47,270 nucleotides of DNA from Desulfobacter postgatei (GCA_003252055.1 QKDP01000192.1:1-47270); one strand, 5' to 3'. Counted from the first letter of the stretch, positions 18,285 to 28,914 are shown. A program made the numbers and translations. Notes: generated by a model from the letters alone, not told the origin.

Positions 18285-18455
18285 TACTCAAAATATAAAT
18301 CGGCCCGGCGCCGTCATTGACAAGGCTATACAAAAAGGCTATTTTATCATGTTTTATTCACGGGCTTACCGTGCCTTAAAATTTTAAATCAAACCGAAGT
18401 GGCCGTTTTTATAACTAAATCAGGGTCCTAAATATAAACGAAAGCAGCTATTTTT

Positions 18456-19934
18456 ATGGATAAGAAAACAAGCAAACTTCTTGATCTTCGCAAAGAAAAG
18501 ATAAACGAGCTAAAGACCGAAGGCATCAGCCTGTACCCCAATGATTTCAAACCCGGTCACAGGGTTCATGAAGTAAAAAATATCATAGAGAAAAATGCCG
18601 ATACACTGGGCGAAAACGGAACCCAATTCCGCCTGGCCGGCCGTATGATGGCCATTAATAAAATGGGGAAATCTTCATTTGTCAGATTCCAGGATGGCGG
18701 TGAGCAGATGCAGGTATATATCCAGAAAAACAAGGTGGGAGATGATGTCTATGCCTTGTTTAAAAAACTGGATATTGGAGATTTCATTGGTGTCGAAGGC
18801 CCTTTGTTCCAGACGAGAACCGGGGAATGGACCCTGCTTGCCGAAAATTTTAAGCTTTTATCCAAGTCTGTAAGGCCGCTGCCTGAAAAATTTCACGGCA
18901 TCAAGGACCCTGAAAAAAGATACCGCCAGCGCTACCTTGATCTGATCATGAATGAAAACACCCGGCAGATTTTTAAAAAACGAAGTGCCATTGTGGCTGT
19001 CATGAGACGTTTTTTTGATGAAAACGGATTCATGGAGGTGGAAACACCCATGATGCAGACGCTGCCCGGAGGTGCCGAAGCCACACCTTTTAAAACCTGG
19101 CACAATGCCTTGGGTATGGAACTGTACCTGCGTATCGCACCGGAACTGTATCTCAAACGACTGGTGGTGGGCGGATTTGAAAAGGTGTTTGAAATCAACC
19201 GGAATTTCAGGAACGAAGGGGTCTCCACCCGGCATAATCCGGAGTTCACCATGGTTGAGTTTTACCAGGCCTATGCCACCTATGACGATCTGATGAATCT
19301 GACCGAAGAGATGTTTTACACCATTGTTACCCAGATTGCCGGAGACAGCCGCATTGAATACCAGGGTCAGACCATTGATTTTGCGAAGGGATGGAAACGC
19401 ATCTCCATGATAGACTCCTTATCAGAAATCGGAGGGCTTGATCCGGCCGTTGTCAATGACACCCAGGCATTGCTTTTGCACGCTGAAAAGGAAAATATTC
19501 AAATTGCCAAAAAGGACCGGCACGGCAAAGTGCTGACCAAGCTTTTTGATGCCCTTGTGGAGCCTAAGCTTATCCAGCCCACGTTTATTACCGGATATCC
19601 CGTGGAAGTGTCCCCCCTGTCCAGGAAAAGCGAATCAGATCCGGAACTTACGGACCGGTTTGAATTGTTCATTGCCGGAAGGGAGATTGCCAACGGATTT
19701 TCCGAAATCAATGACCCTGAAGACCAGTATAACCGTTTTCTCATGCAGGTGCGTCAGCGTGATGAGGGCAATGATGAAGCCCATATCATGGATACAGAGT
19801 ATGTCGAGGCTTTGGAATATGGGATGCCGCCCACGGCAGGGGAGGGGATCGGCATTGACCGTCTTGTCATGCTGCTGACAGATGCCGCCTCCATACGCGA
19901 GGTGATTCTTTTTCCACATATGAAAAATGCATAA
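18456..19934 (+). CDS. lysS: Lysine--tRNA ligase (class II)
   Basis: RYRQRYLDL, EVETPM, YLRIAPELYLKRL, FRNEG, HNPEFTM, GIGIDRLVM. Confidence 0.97.
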   Translation: MDKKTSKLLDLRKEKINELKTEGISLYPNDFKPGHRVHEVKNIIEKNADTLGENGTQFRLAGRMMAINKMGKSSFVRFQDGGEQMQVYIQKNKVGDDVYALFKKLDIGDFIGVEGPLFQTRTGEWTLLAENFKLLSKSVRPLPEKFHGIKDPEKRYRQRYLDLIMNENTRQIFKKRSAIVAVMRRFFDENGFMEVETPMMQTLPGGAEATPFKTWHNALGMELYLRIAPELYLKRLVVGGFEKVFEINRNFRNEGVSTRHNPEFTMVEFYQAYATYDDLMNLTEEMFYTIVTQIAGDSRIEYQGQTIDFAKGWKRISMIDSLSEIGGLDPAVVNDTQALLLHAEKENIQIAKKDRHGKVLTKLFDALVEPKLIQPTFITGYPVEVSPLSRKSESDPELTDRFELFIAGREIANGFSEINDPEDQYNRFLMQVRQRDEGNDEAHIMDTEYVEALEYGMPPTAGEGIGIDRLVMLLTDAASIREVILFPHMKNA

Positions 19935-19943
19935 AAGGTCTCT

Positions 19944-21167
19944 GTGGGGGCGGAACTTTTCATAGCCGGAAAATATCTGCGGGCCAAACGCAAGGAGGGA
20001 TTTATCTCTTTGATCACGCTTTTGTCCGTGGCCGGCGTTATTCTCGGTGTCATGGCACTGGTGGTGGTCATTGCCGTCATGAGCGGATCGGAAACAGAAT
20101 TTAGAAACCGAATTCTTGGACTGGAACCCCATATTCTGGCCATGAATTATTCAGGCTACTTTATCCCTGATCCGGCCATGGAAGATAAGATCAGGCAGAC
20201 CCCCGGGGTCACAGCCGTATCTCCCATCTTATTCGGTCAGGCCATGATACGCACGCCCAATTCTTTTTCCGGTATTATTATCCGGGGGATTGAACCGGAA
20301 AAAGGGGCCGCACTGATTAAAGGATACACGCCCGAGGACCTTGAAGACGCGTTGAACGCAACGACGGTCACACAAGGTCTTCCCGGTATCATTCTCGGCC
20401 AGTCCCTGGCCCATGCCGTCAGGGTAGTTAAAGGCGACCGTGTGATCCTTATGTCAGCGTCGGGCATTATTTCCCCCATGGGTCAGATTCCGTCCATGAA
20501 GCAGTTTGTAGTCGCCGGCACCTTTAAATCCGGCATGTCGGAATATGATTCCAGCCTGGCCTACGCCCGGCTGGATCAGGTCCAGGCACTGGTATCAGCC
20601 AAAGGCAAAATTTCGGCGTTCGGTATCTGGACAGATCAGATATTCAAAGTCAAAATCCTAAGCCAAAAAAGGCTTGGATTCATTAAATATCCGTATTACC
20701 TGCGTAACTGGATGGATATCAACCACAGCCTTTTTTCAGCACTTAAACTTGAAAAAACCGCCATGTTTGTCATTTTAACGCTGATTATCCTTGTGGCTGC
20801 ATTTAATATTGCATCGGCACTGATCATGATGGTTATGGAAAAAACCCGTGATATTGCCGTATTAAAAGCAATGGGCGCCACAAATTCCTTGATCCGCCGT
20901 ATCTTCATAATAAAAGGCATGATCATCGGCATAGTCGGTACGGGTATCGGAACAACGCTTGGGGTCGTGATCTGTTACATCCTTAAACGATACGAGTTTA
21001 TCAAACTGCCCGAGGCATACCCTTTTTCCACCCTTCCGGTTCAACTTGAATATTCGGATGTTATTTTAACCGCTGTATCCGCCTTGGTAATCTGTTTTCT
21101 GTCCACCCTGTATCCGTCGTATAAGGCGTCAAAAATGAATCCGGTGGAGGCCATAAGATATGGATGA
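19944..21167 (+). CDS. Lipoprotein-releasing ABC transporter permease (LolC/LolE family)
   Basis: FISLITLLSVAGVILGV, EKTRDIAVLKAMGA, PVEAIRY; adjacent to lolD. GTG start. Confidence 0.93.
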   Translation: MGAELFIAGKYLRAKRKEGFISLITLLSVAGVILGVMALVVVIAVMSGSETEFRNRILGLEPHILAMNYSGYFIPDPAMEDKIRQTPGVTAVSPILFGQAMIRTPNSFSGIIIRGIEPEKGAALIKGYTPEDLEDALNATTVTQGLPGIILGQSLAHAVRVVKGDRVILMSASGIISPMGQIPSMKQFVVAGTFKSGMSEYDSSLAYARLDQVQALVSAKGKISAFGIWTDQIFKVKILSQKRLGFIKYPYYLRNWMDINHSLFSALKLEKTAMFVILTLIILVAAFNIASALIMMVMEKTRDIAVLKAMGATNSLIRRIFIIKGMIIGIVGTGIGTTLGVVICYILKRYEFIKLPEAYPFSTLPVQLEYSDVILTAVSALVICFLSTLYPSYKASKMNPVEAIRYG

Positions 21168-21843
21168 CACGCCGCTGATTCAACTGAACGGGATTTCACG
21201 GTCTTTTGTATCCAAAACAGCTAGACTGGACATTCTGCACAAGGCGGATCTATCCATACAACAGGGCGAGACCATTGCCATTGTGGGGGCCTCAGGTATT
21301 GGGAAATCCACCCTGCTTCACATCATCGGCACCCTTGACAAGCCGGATGAGGGAAGCCAGTTCTTCAGCGGTGAAGATATCCTGGGGTACAATGATGAAA
21401 AGCTTGCCGCCTTTAGAAACAAAAATATTGGTTTTGTTTTTCAATTTCACTATTTGCTCCAGGGCTTTACAGCCGTTGAAAATGTAATGCTGCCTGGGCT
21501 GATCTGTGGTAAATCAAAAAAAACTATTGAAAAACATGCAGCAAATATGCTTGAAAGGGTAGAACTGGGTAGCCGAATCGAATACAGGGTGGAAGACCTG
21601 TCCGGCGGCGAGCAGCAGCGGGTAGCCATTGCAAGGGCGCTCGTTATGGCACCGGCCCTGCTGCTGGCTGATGAGCCCACCGGCAATCTGGATCAAAAGA
21701 GCAGCAGTGCGGTTCACCAACTCTTGAAGGAACTTAACCAGGAAATGGGGATGACCATTATCGTGGTCACCCACAATTCAGATCTGGCCGGTTTAATGGA
21801 CAGAAGACTTACGTTGAAAGACGGGGAAATCGTACCGGTATAA
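21160..21843 (+). CDS. lolD: Lipoprotein-releasing ABC transporter ATPase LolD
   Basis: GASGIGKST, GFVFQFHYLL (LolD motif), LSGGEQQ, ADEPTGNLD. Confidence 0.93.
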   Translation: MDDTPLIQLNGISRSFVSKTARLDILHKADLSIQQGETIAIVGASGIGKSTLLHIIGTLDKPDEGSQFFSGEDILGYNDEKLAAFRNKNIGFVFQFHYLLQGFTAVENVMLPGLICGKSKKTIEKHAANMLERVELGSRIEYRVEDLSGGEQQRVAIARALVMAPALLLADEPTGNLDQKSSSAVHQLLKELNQEMGMTIIVVTHNSDLAGLMDRRLTLKDGEIVPV

Positions 21844-21886
21844 AAATAATGTTTTGCTAAATCAATTGGTTAGGATAGGATGGATT

Positions 21887-24523
21887 ATGAAAAATATTAA
21901 GTTCAGTGTATTTCTTGCAGCGGTTTTTTACCTTTTGGGAACAGGCCTTTTGTCTGCCGAGGAGCAGACTGCAGTAGCACTTTTTCCCTTCCATGTCCAG
22001 GCAGAGCAGCCCGATCAAAAAGTTGCGCCGGCCCTGTCAAAAATGTTAAAGGAAAAGCTTGAAAAAGACGGCGTAAAAGTAGTGGTTACCGACACCGTTG
22101 TCGACACAACTGACTGGGGATACGCCCGATTCCGCCAGGAGGGTATCCGTTTAGGTGTAGACTGGATCATTACCGGCAATATTTTTATAGCCGGGCAGGC
22201 TGTGAGCATTGACTCTCAGATGCACAATGTGCATGATAAACAGGCGTTCTTAACCTTTTCTTCACAGTCCCCTAGCATGGCGGAACTGTATGCGACCACG
22301 ACATCTTTAGGAAAAGATATTATCGGCGAACTGTTTCAGCAGAAAATCATTTCAGCCATTACTATCCAGGGCAATGTGCGTGTTGATGCAGATGCGATAC
22401 AAAGGGTCATCTCATCCCAAAAAGGCGATCTTTTAAATCCTGCAACTTTAGATAATGATCTAAGCAGCGTGTATAAAATGGGTTATTTTGATGATGTGGT
22501 CATCAAAAAGCAGAACATGGATAAAGGGGTTAAGGTCATTTTTGAAGTCCAGGAAAAACCCAGTGTCCGTAATATCCGCTTTGAAAACAATAAGGTTTAT
22601 GATGAAAAAGAATTGTTTGCGGTTATAGGGACATCAACCGGGTCTATTCTCAATGCCTATAAGTTGAACAATGATGTGGATAAACTCAAACGCCTCTATT
22701 ATGAAAAAAATTATCATAACTGCCGGATTTCCTATGACGTCAAACCATTAAAAAACCATCAGGCAGATGTTATCTTCAATATTGAAGAGGGTGAAAAAGT
22801 TAAAGTTACCAGCATTGAATTTGAGGGCAATAAATATTTTGACGATGATGATATCAAAGATGAGATGCAGACCCGGGAAAAGGGATTCTGGTCATTTATA
22901 ACATCCTCGGGAGAACTTGACGAAACAGAACTTGACAATGATGTGCTTCGTATAGAAGCCCTTTATAAGAACAACGGCTTTATCAATGTCAAAGTATCTG
23001 ACCCTGTAGTGAATATGGGAACAGAAGAGATTACCATCCAGTTTAAAATTGATGAGGGAACTCAATATAAAAATGGCGTGGTCAGCATTAAAGGTGATAT
23101 CCTTACCACCGAAGAAGAACTTTTAGCGCTTCTGGTTTCCCAGAAATCTGAATTGTATAACAGGGAACTTGTCCGCAAGGATATGATGACCCTGAACGAT
23201 TTCTATGCCAACGAGGGGTATGCCAATGTCAGGGTAATCCCAAGGGTGGATAAGAATGACGCGGAATCAATTGTAAATATAAGCTTTGACATTGATAAAG
23301 GCCCGCTGGTCTACTTCAACCGGATCATCATTACCGGCAACGAAAAAACCAGGGACAAAGTTATCAGAAGAGAACTTGCCATTGAAGAGCAGGACCTTTA
23401 CAGTATGAAAAAAATCCAACGCTCTCACAGAAACCTGGTGTTCAAAGACTATTTCAAGAATATCGATATCAAACCGGTTAAAACCCAAGAAGAAAACAAA
23501 CGGGACGTCCAGATCACCGTTGAAGAAAAACCCACTGGAAACTTCTCATTTGGCGGCGGTTTCTCCAGTGATGACGGTGCCTTTGGCCAGTTTTCCGTTG
23601 AGGAGCGTAACCTTTTTGGCAAAGGGCAGATAGGCAAATTTACTTTTCGAATGTCTGGAAAAAATGTGTTGTATAATATCGGATTCACCGAACCCTGGCT
23701 GTTTGACAGACCCATTTCCGCCGGGTTTGATATCTATAAATTTGACAATGAATACGATTATTATGACAAGGACGCCATGGGGCTCACCCTGCGCGGTGCC
23801 TCTCGCCGGTTCTGGGATTACACCACCATTGGTTTGAATTACAATATTGAGAAGTTTGATATCGACGATGTGGACTCCGAGCATACATCGGTAACTGAAG
23901 GCTCTTATCTAACCTCAAGTATTACGCCGTATATCAGTTATGATTCAAGAAACCATAGTTTTCTGCCCACAACCGGCATGTATCATAAACTGTCCATTGA
24001 ATATGCAGGCGAATTTCTAGGCGGCGAGATTGATTTTACCAAGTATCTTGTGGAATCAGCCGTATTTTTTCCTTTGTTCTGGAAATTTTCAGCCGGTCTC
24101 TATGCCAAGGGGGGATACCTTGATGACCGGACCGATGGAGATCCCGACATAGACTGGGAGCGCTTCTATCTTGGGGGCATCAACTCCATCAGAGGGTTTG
24201 ACAATACAGACATCAATGGTACCAGAGATGGTTCCCCCATTGAGGTTGGTGGTGAGTCATATTGCCAGTTTAATATTGAAATGATGTTTCCCATTGTAGA
24301 GGAACAAGCGGTTTACGGCGTCTTTTTCTATGACAGAGGAGATGTATATAACCACGGTGAAAATATTGACTTTGGCGATCAGTTTTCCAGCTCAGGCTTT
24401 GAACTTAGATGGAATTCTCCCATGGGCCCCATCAGACTGGCCTATGGTATTGTTATAGACGGTAAAGATGTTAAGAGTACTGGTGATAGTGAGTTTGACT
24501 TTTCAATCGGTGCATTTTTTTAA
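21887..24523 (+). CDS. bamA: Outer membrane protein assembly factor BamA
   Basis: Signal peptide, POTRA repeats (GNEKTRDKVIRRE), barrel motifs FYLGGINSIRGF and WNSPMGPIRL, C-terminal Phe. Confidence 0.95.
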   Translation: MKNIKFSVFLAAVFYLLGTGLLSAEEQTAVALFPFHVQAEQPDQKVAPALSKMLKEKLEKDGVKVVVTDTVVDTTDWGYARFRQEGIRLGVDWIITGNIFIAGQAVSIDSQMHNVHDKQAFLTFSSQSPSMAELYATTTSLGKDIIGELFQQKIISAITIQGNVRVDADAIQRVISSQKGDLLNPATLDNDLSSVYKMGYFDDVVIKKQNMDKGVKVIFEVQEKPSVRNIRFENNKVYDEKELFAVIGTSTGSILNAYKLNNDVDKLKRLYYEKNYHNCRISYDVKPLKNHQADVIFNIEEGEKVKVTSIEFEGNKYFDDDDIKDEMQTREKGFWSFITSSGELDETELDNDVLRIEALYKNNGFINVKVSDPVVNMGTEEITIQFKIDEGTQYKNGVVSIKGDILTTEEELLALLVSQKSELYNRELVRKDMMTLNDFYANEGYANVRVIPRVDKNDAESIVNISFDIDKGPLVYFNRIIITGNEKTRDKVIRRELAIEEQDLYSMKKIQRSHRNLVFKDYFKNIDIKPVKTQEENKRDVQITVEEKPTGNFSFGGGFSSDDGAFGQFSVEERNLFGKGQIGKFTFRMSGKNVLYNIGFTEPWLFDRPISAGFDIYKFDNEYDYYDKDAMGLTLRGASRRFWDYTTIGLNYNIEKFDIDDVDSEHTSVTEGSYLTSSITPYISYDSRNHSFLPTTGMYHKLSIEYAGEFLGGEIDFTKYLVESAVFFPLFWKFSAGLYAKGGYLDDRTDGDPDIDWERFYLGGINSIRGFDNTDINGTRDGSPIEVGGESYCQFNIEMMFPIVEEQAVYGVFFYDRGDVYNHGENIDFGDQFSSSGFELRWNSPMGPIRLAYGIVIDGKDVKSTGDSEFDFSIGAFF

Positions 24524-24553
24524 AAAATTAAAATTTTATCTTTGGAGGCATAA

Positions 24554-25087
24554 ATGAAAAAAAGTAATCTGATTTTGGCAGGTTTGACGGTTGCAGTGAT
24601 TATTGGAACAATATTCACCTGCAGCGCTTTTGCAGCTGATGCAACTAAAATAGGCATTGTGGATTTTGAAAAAATACTGCAAGAATCCAACGGCGGTAAA
24701 GTGATGCAGAAAGACCTTAAGGCAAAACTTGAACAACTCAAATCAAAACTTCAAGCCGAGGAAAAAAAAGTTGAAGACATGTCAGCTGCGTTAGAGCGTG
24801 AAGCGCTTGTTCTCAGTGGTGAAAAAAAGCTTGCGCGCCAAAGGGAACTTCGGGACAAAGCGGATAATTTAAAAAAGATGAATGCTGACTATACCCAGGA
24901 AATGAAGATTTTCCAAAACAAGCGGATGAATCAGATACAAAAAGATATCTTTGAGATCGCCAACAAGATGGGAAAGGCACAAGGATATATTTTGATTGTT
25001 GAAAGAAAAATCGCCGGTGTTATCTATGCTGCAGATAAGGTGGATATCACTGATGAGGTCATCAAAGAGTACAATAAGAAAAAATAA
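24554..25087 (+). CDS. skp: Periplasmic chaperone Skp/OmpH
   Basis: Signal peptide, KIGIVDFEKIL, coiled coil, DITDEVIK; lies between bamA and lpxD. Confidence 0.92.
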   Translation: MKKSNLILAGLTVAVIIGTIFTCSAFAADATKIGIVDFEKILQESNGGKVMQKDLKAKLEQLKSKLQAEEKKVEDMSAALEREALVLSGEKKLARQRELRDKADNLKKMNADYTQEMKIFQNKRMNQIQKDIFEIANKMGKAQGYILIVERKIAGVIYAADKVDITDEVIKEYNKKK

Positions 25088-25090
25088 TTC

Positions 25091-26128
25091 ATGCTTACAG
25101 CAGAACAAATAGCTGCTATGGTCAATGCCCGGATCCATGGGGATCCGGGCACAGCCATTTCCGGCGTATCCTCCTTTGACGATGCAGGGCCCAAGGATCT
25201 GACTTTTGCGGTGGATCATTTTTTTTTCTCCCGGCTGGATGAAACAAAGGCAGGCATCGTCCTTGTTCCCAACGGTGCTCCTGCGGTTTCCGGTATAACA
25301 CTTCTATACAGTGACAATCCGAAACTTGCGTTCTTTAAGGTTGTGGCGCATCTGATGCCTGCAGAGCCGTTGAAAGAATTTATTCACCCTTCGGCTGTTA
25401 TTGCAGACGACTGTATTATTGGTGAGGGTACACGCATTGAGGCCCATGTCAGCCTGGGGCAGGGCTGTACCATCGGCAGTCATGTCCACATCATGGCCAA
25501 TACGGTGATCGGAAAGCAATGCCGGATTGGTGATTCCTGCCGGATCAGCCCCAATGTCACCCTGGCAGATAAAACACAGATAGGCAGCCAGTCCATTGTT
25601 CATCCAAATTCAGTCATCGGTTCCGACGGTTTTGGATTTGTCCAGGATGGTCACGCCCATGCCAAGCTAATCCATACAGGGTATGTCCATATCGGTGATT
25701 GCTGTGAAATCGGTGCCTGCAATACCATTGACAGGGGAACCTTAGGCATAACCCGCATCGGCAACGGTGTTAAAACGGATAATCAGGTCCATATTGCCCA
25801 CAATGTTAAAATCGGAGATAATACACTGGTGGTGGCCCAGGTGGGTATTGCCGGGAGCACCACCATCGGCACAGACGTCATTATTGCAGGAAAAGCCGGT
25901 ATTTCCGGCCACCTGAATATAGGGGACGGGGCCATTGTCGGCCCCTATGCCGGCGTCACCGGTAATGTTTCCCCCGGCGATATCGTTTCCGGCATCCCCC
26001 ACATGCCTCATAAAATCTGGCTGAAAGTATCCCGTATCATACCCCGGCTACCCAGTTTAAGAGCCCGACTGCTTTCCTTTGAAAAACGGATAAAAAAGCT
26101 GGAAAACAGCCGGATGGAGCAACCATGA
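25091..26128 (+). CDS. lpxD: UDP-3-O-acylglucosamine N-acyltransferase LpxD
   Basis: Hexapeptide repeats, GSDGFGF, IDRG, DNQVHIAHNV. Confidence 0.95.
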   Translation: MLTAEQIAAMVNARIHGDPGTAISGVSSFDDAGPKDLTFAVDHFFFSRLDETKAGIVLVPNGAPAVSGITLLYSDNPKLAFFKVVAHLMPAEPLKEFIHPSAVIADDCIIGEGTRIEAHVSLGQGCTIGSHVHIMANTVIGKQCRIGDSCRISPNVTLADKTQIGSQSIVHPNSVIGSDGFGFVQDGHAHAKLIHTGYVHIGDCCEIGACNTIDRGTLGITRIGNGVKTDNQVHIAHNVKIGDNTLVVAQVGIAGSTTIGTDVIIAGKAGISGHLNIGDGAIVGPYAGVTGNVSPGDIVSGIPHMPHKIWLKVSRIIPRLPSLRARLLSFEKRIKKLENSRMEQP

Positions 26129-26904
26129 TTCAACCGATTCATCCAACGGCAATTATTGATTCATCCGCCAGGATAGATGAAAATGTCACCATTGGCCCTT
26201 ATACCATTGTCAAAGGCGATGTTACCATTGGATCCGGCACAACCATCGGTCCTTACTGCACCATTGACGACCATGTCACCATCGGTCCGGACTGTAATAT
26301 TTTTCAGTACGCTTCCATTGGCGGCGCCCCCCAGGATCTTAAATTTCACGGCGAGACCACCTATCTTACCATTGGCAGGGGGTCCATTATCCGCGAATTC
26401 GTCACCATTAACAGGGGCACGGGGTTTGGTGGAGGGCTCACTGAAGTGGGTGAAGAAAATTATCTGATGGCCTACACCCATATTGCCCATGACTGCAAAA
26501 CCGGCAAAGGTGTCATCCTTGCCAATAACTCAACCCTTGCAGGACACATTGAGATCGGGAACCATGCTACCGTAGGGGGCCTTGTGGCCATTCATCAGTT
26601 TGTAAAAATCGGAGACTATGCCTATATAGGCGGTAAATCTGCTGTGGTAAAAGACATTCCGCCCTATGTCATTGCTGCAGGTGACAGGGCCACCCTGCAT
26701 GGACTGAATAATGTGGGGCTCAAGCGTCATAATTTTGACCCTTCCGTCATCCGTCAGTTGAAAAAGGCCTACCGGATATTTTTCCGGATTGGATTAACAG
26801 TGGCCCAGGCCGTGGAAAGAACCAAAGCAGAGGTTGAACAACTCCCTGAGATCGTATCGTTTTTAGAATTCATAAAAAATTCCAACCGTGGGGTGACACG
26901 TTAA
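26125..26904 (+). CDS. lpxA: UDP-N-acetylglucosamine O-acyltransferase LpxA
   Basis: IHPTAII, PQDLKF, IREFVTINRGT, HIAHDC, HQFVKIG. Confidence 0.96.
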   Translation: MIQPIHPTAIIDSSARIDENVTIGPYTIVKGDVTIGSGTTIGPYCTIDDHVTIGPDCNIFQYASIGGAPQDLKFHGETTYLTIGRGSIIREFVTINRGTGFGGGLTEVGEENYLMAYTHIAHDCKTGKGVILANNSTLAGHIEIGNHATVGGLVAIHQFVKIGDYAYIGGKSAVVKDIPPYVIAAGDRATLHGLNNVGLKRHNFDPSVIRQLKKAYRIFFRIGLTVAQAVERTKAEVEQLPEIVSFLEFIKNSNRGVTR

Positions 26905-26909
26905 TTTCC

Positions 26910-27761
26910 ATGAACGACCCCGAAGGCAATAGTTGTTCTTCCCACATCGGTCTGATTGCCGGCGGCGGCCAATTCCCGCTACTTTTTACCCAGAAGGCAC
27001 GCGCAAACGGTTATAAAATTATTGGGGCAGGATTCCACAGTGAAACCGACCCCAAACTTGCCGGACTGACCCACCGGTTTGAATGGCTCTATCTTGGCCA
27101 GCTCAACAAACTGATCCGCTATTTTAAATCCCATGGCGTAAGCAGGGCCGTGCTCATGGGCTCCATCAGCAAGGCTAATATTTTCAAAGATATAAGACCG
27201 GATTTCAAAGCCCTTGCCTTTATCGCTAAAACGGCAGGCACCCACGATGACAATATCCTTTCAGCCTTTGCAGATTTTTTGGAAAAGCAGGGCATTACTT
27301 TGGTCCCATCTACCTTTCTGCTGCCGGAGTTAATCAGTCCCAAAGGATGCTGGACAAAACGGAAACCGGACAGGGCGGAAAAAAAAGATATCCGGCAGGG
27401 ATGGAAACTTGCCAAAGCCGTAGGCCTTCTTGATATCGGCCAGTGCCTTGTTATTTCCAACGGGACGGTCCTTGCCGTGGAAGCCATTGACGGCACGGAC
27501 GCCACCATAGAACGGGGAGGGCGGCTGAGCCGGGGCAATGGGGCCACTATTGTAAAATTATCCAAACCCCACCAGGACTTACGCTTTGATCTGCCTTCAT
27601 CCGGGTGCACCACCATTGAAACCATGCATCGATCAGGCGTCAATGTGCTTGTGCTTGAAGCTGAAAAGTCAATTTCATTTGACCGTGAAAAAATGATTGC
27701 CCTTGCAGACAAATACAATATCTGCATAACCGCTGTGACCGAGGATGAAATAAATGAATAA
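26910..27761 (+). CDS. lpxI: UDP-2,3-diacylglucosamine diphosphatase LpxI
   Basis: IGLIAGGGQFP, DIGQ, AVEAIDGTD, QDLRFDLP; lies between lpxA and lpxB. Confidence 0.92.
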   Translation: MNDPEGNSCSSHIGLIAGGGQFPLLFTQKARANGYKIIGAGFHSETDPKLAGLTHRFEWLYLGQLNKLIRYFKSHGVSRAVLMGSISKANIFKDIRPDFKALAFIAKTAGTHDDNILSAFADFLEKQGITLVPSTFLLPELISPKGCWTKRKPDRAEKKDIRQGWKLAKAVGLLDIGQCLVISNGTVLAVEAIDGTDATIERGGRLSRGNGATIVKLSKPHQDLRFDLPSSGCTTIETMHRSGVNVLVLEAEKSISFDREKMIALADKYNICITAVTEDEINE

Positions 27762-28899
27762 ACCTACCCGGCATATCATGATCCTTGCCGGTGAACCGTC
27801 AGGCGATTTCCACGGGGCAGCCCTGGTGTGGTCATTAAAACAGCTTTCTCCCGGCATCCGGATCACGGGGATCGGCGGTAAAACCATGGCAGGGCAGGGG
27901 GCAGACATTTTCTTTCCCATTGACAAGCTGTCAGCCATGGGGCTTGTTCAAGTGATCAAGCAGTTCGGCGCCATTAAACAGGCTTTTTGCCTTGTTAAGC
28001 GACGAGTAAAAACAGATCCCCCTGATGCGGTTGTGCTCATTGACTATCCGGGCTTTAATCTGAAAATTGCTAAATTTATCAAACAACATTATGATATTCC
28101 TGTCTGTTATTATATTGCACCAAAGGTCTGGGCCTGGAATTTCAGACGTCTGGATACCATTGCAAAAGTCACGGACCATGTGGCCCTGATTTTTCCCTTT
28201 GAAATTCCCATTTATAAAGCCAAAAAAATTTTTTTCACCTATGTGGGAAACCCCCTGGTGGATGAATACCCGCAACGCCTGGCAGTTCCAGGCGAAGACA
28301 ATAAAAAAGGCCTGTCAGATGATCTGGTTATCGGCATGCTTCCCGGTTCACGATCCGCTGAAATTGACAAACTGCTTCCTGTCATGCTGGATACAGCCGG
28401 CCTGGTTGCAAAAAAATGTCCCAATTTAAGATTTCTTATTTCATCCGGCATTAAACAGCATGAAAAGCGCATTGAACATATTGTTTTTCACCACCCAAAC
28501 TGCAATTTATGCCGAATTGTAACAGGACGGCCAAAACAGATTTTTGACCGGGCAGACCTTCTGATTGCAGCATCGGGAACCGTCACCTTGGAAGCGGCTT
28601 TAAATCTTGTGCCCACTATAATTATATATAAAATGTCCGTTGTGGCATACCTGATTGCAAAGCTGCTTGTGAAAACTGAATATATCGGGCTTGCCAATCT
28701 GATTGTCGGCCGCCAGGTGATGCCGGAGCTGATCCAGGACGATGCCAATGCCGGAACCATCAGTGAAACTGTATTATCTATGATACCCGAACTTGAGAAT
28801 CATAAGCAACAACTTCATCAGGTCCGCAGGCGGTTAGGCCTGCCGGGCGCCGCGAAACGCACGGCGGCCATTATACTTAATTTGATTCACAAACATTAG
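27754..28899 (+). CDS. lpxB: Lipid-A-disaccharide synthase LpxB
   Basis: AGEPSGD, IDYPGFN, PKVWAW, LPGSR, SGTVTLE, PELIQ. Confidence 0.95.
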   Translation: MNKPTRHIMILAGEPSGDFHGAALVWSLKQLSPGIRITGIGGKTMAGQGADIFFPIDKLSAMGLVQVIKQFGAIKQAFCLVKRRVKTDPPDAVVLIDYPGFNLKIAKFIKQHYDIPVCYYIAPKVWAWNFRRLDTIAKVTDHVALIFPFEIPIYKAKKIFFTYVGNPLVDEYPQRLAVPGEDNKKGLSDDLVIGMLPGSRSAEIDKLLPVMLDTAGLVAKKCPNLRFLISSGIKQHEKRIEHIVFHHPNCNLCRIVTGRPKQIFDRADLLIAASGTVTLEAALNLVPTIIIYKMSVVAYLIAKLLVKTEYIGLANLIVGRQVMPELIQDDANAGTISETVLSMIPELENHKQQLHQVRRRLGLPGAAKRTAAIILNLIHKH

Positions 28900-28914
28900 G
28901 AAATATTGTCGTTT

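Noticed and set aside
18349-18387. Short ORF (MFYSRAYRALKF) and small hairpin upstream of lysS
   Set aside because: No Lys run and no terminator; not a credible attenuator.
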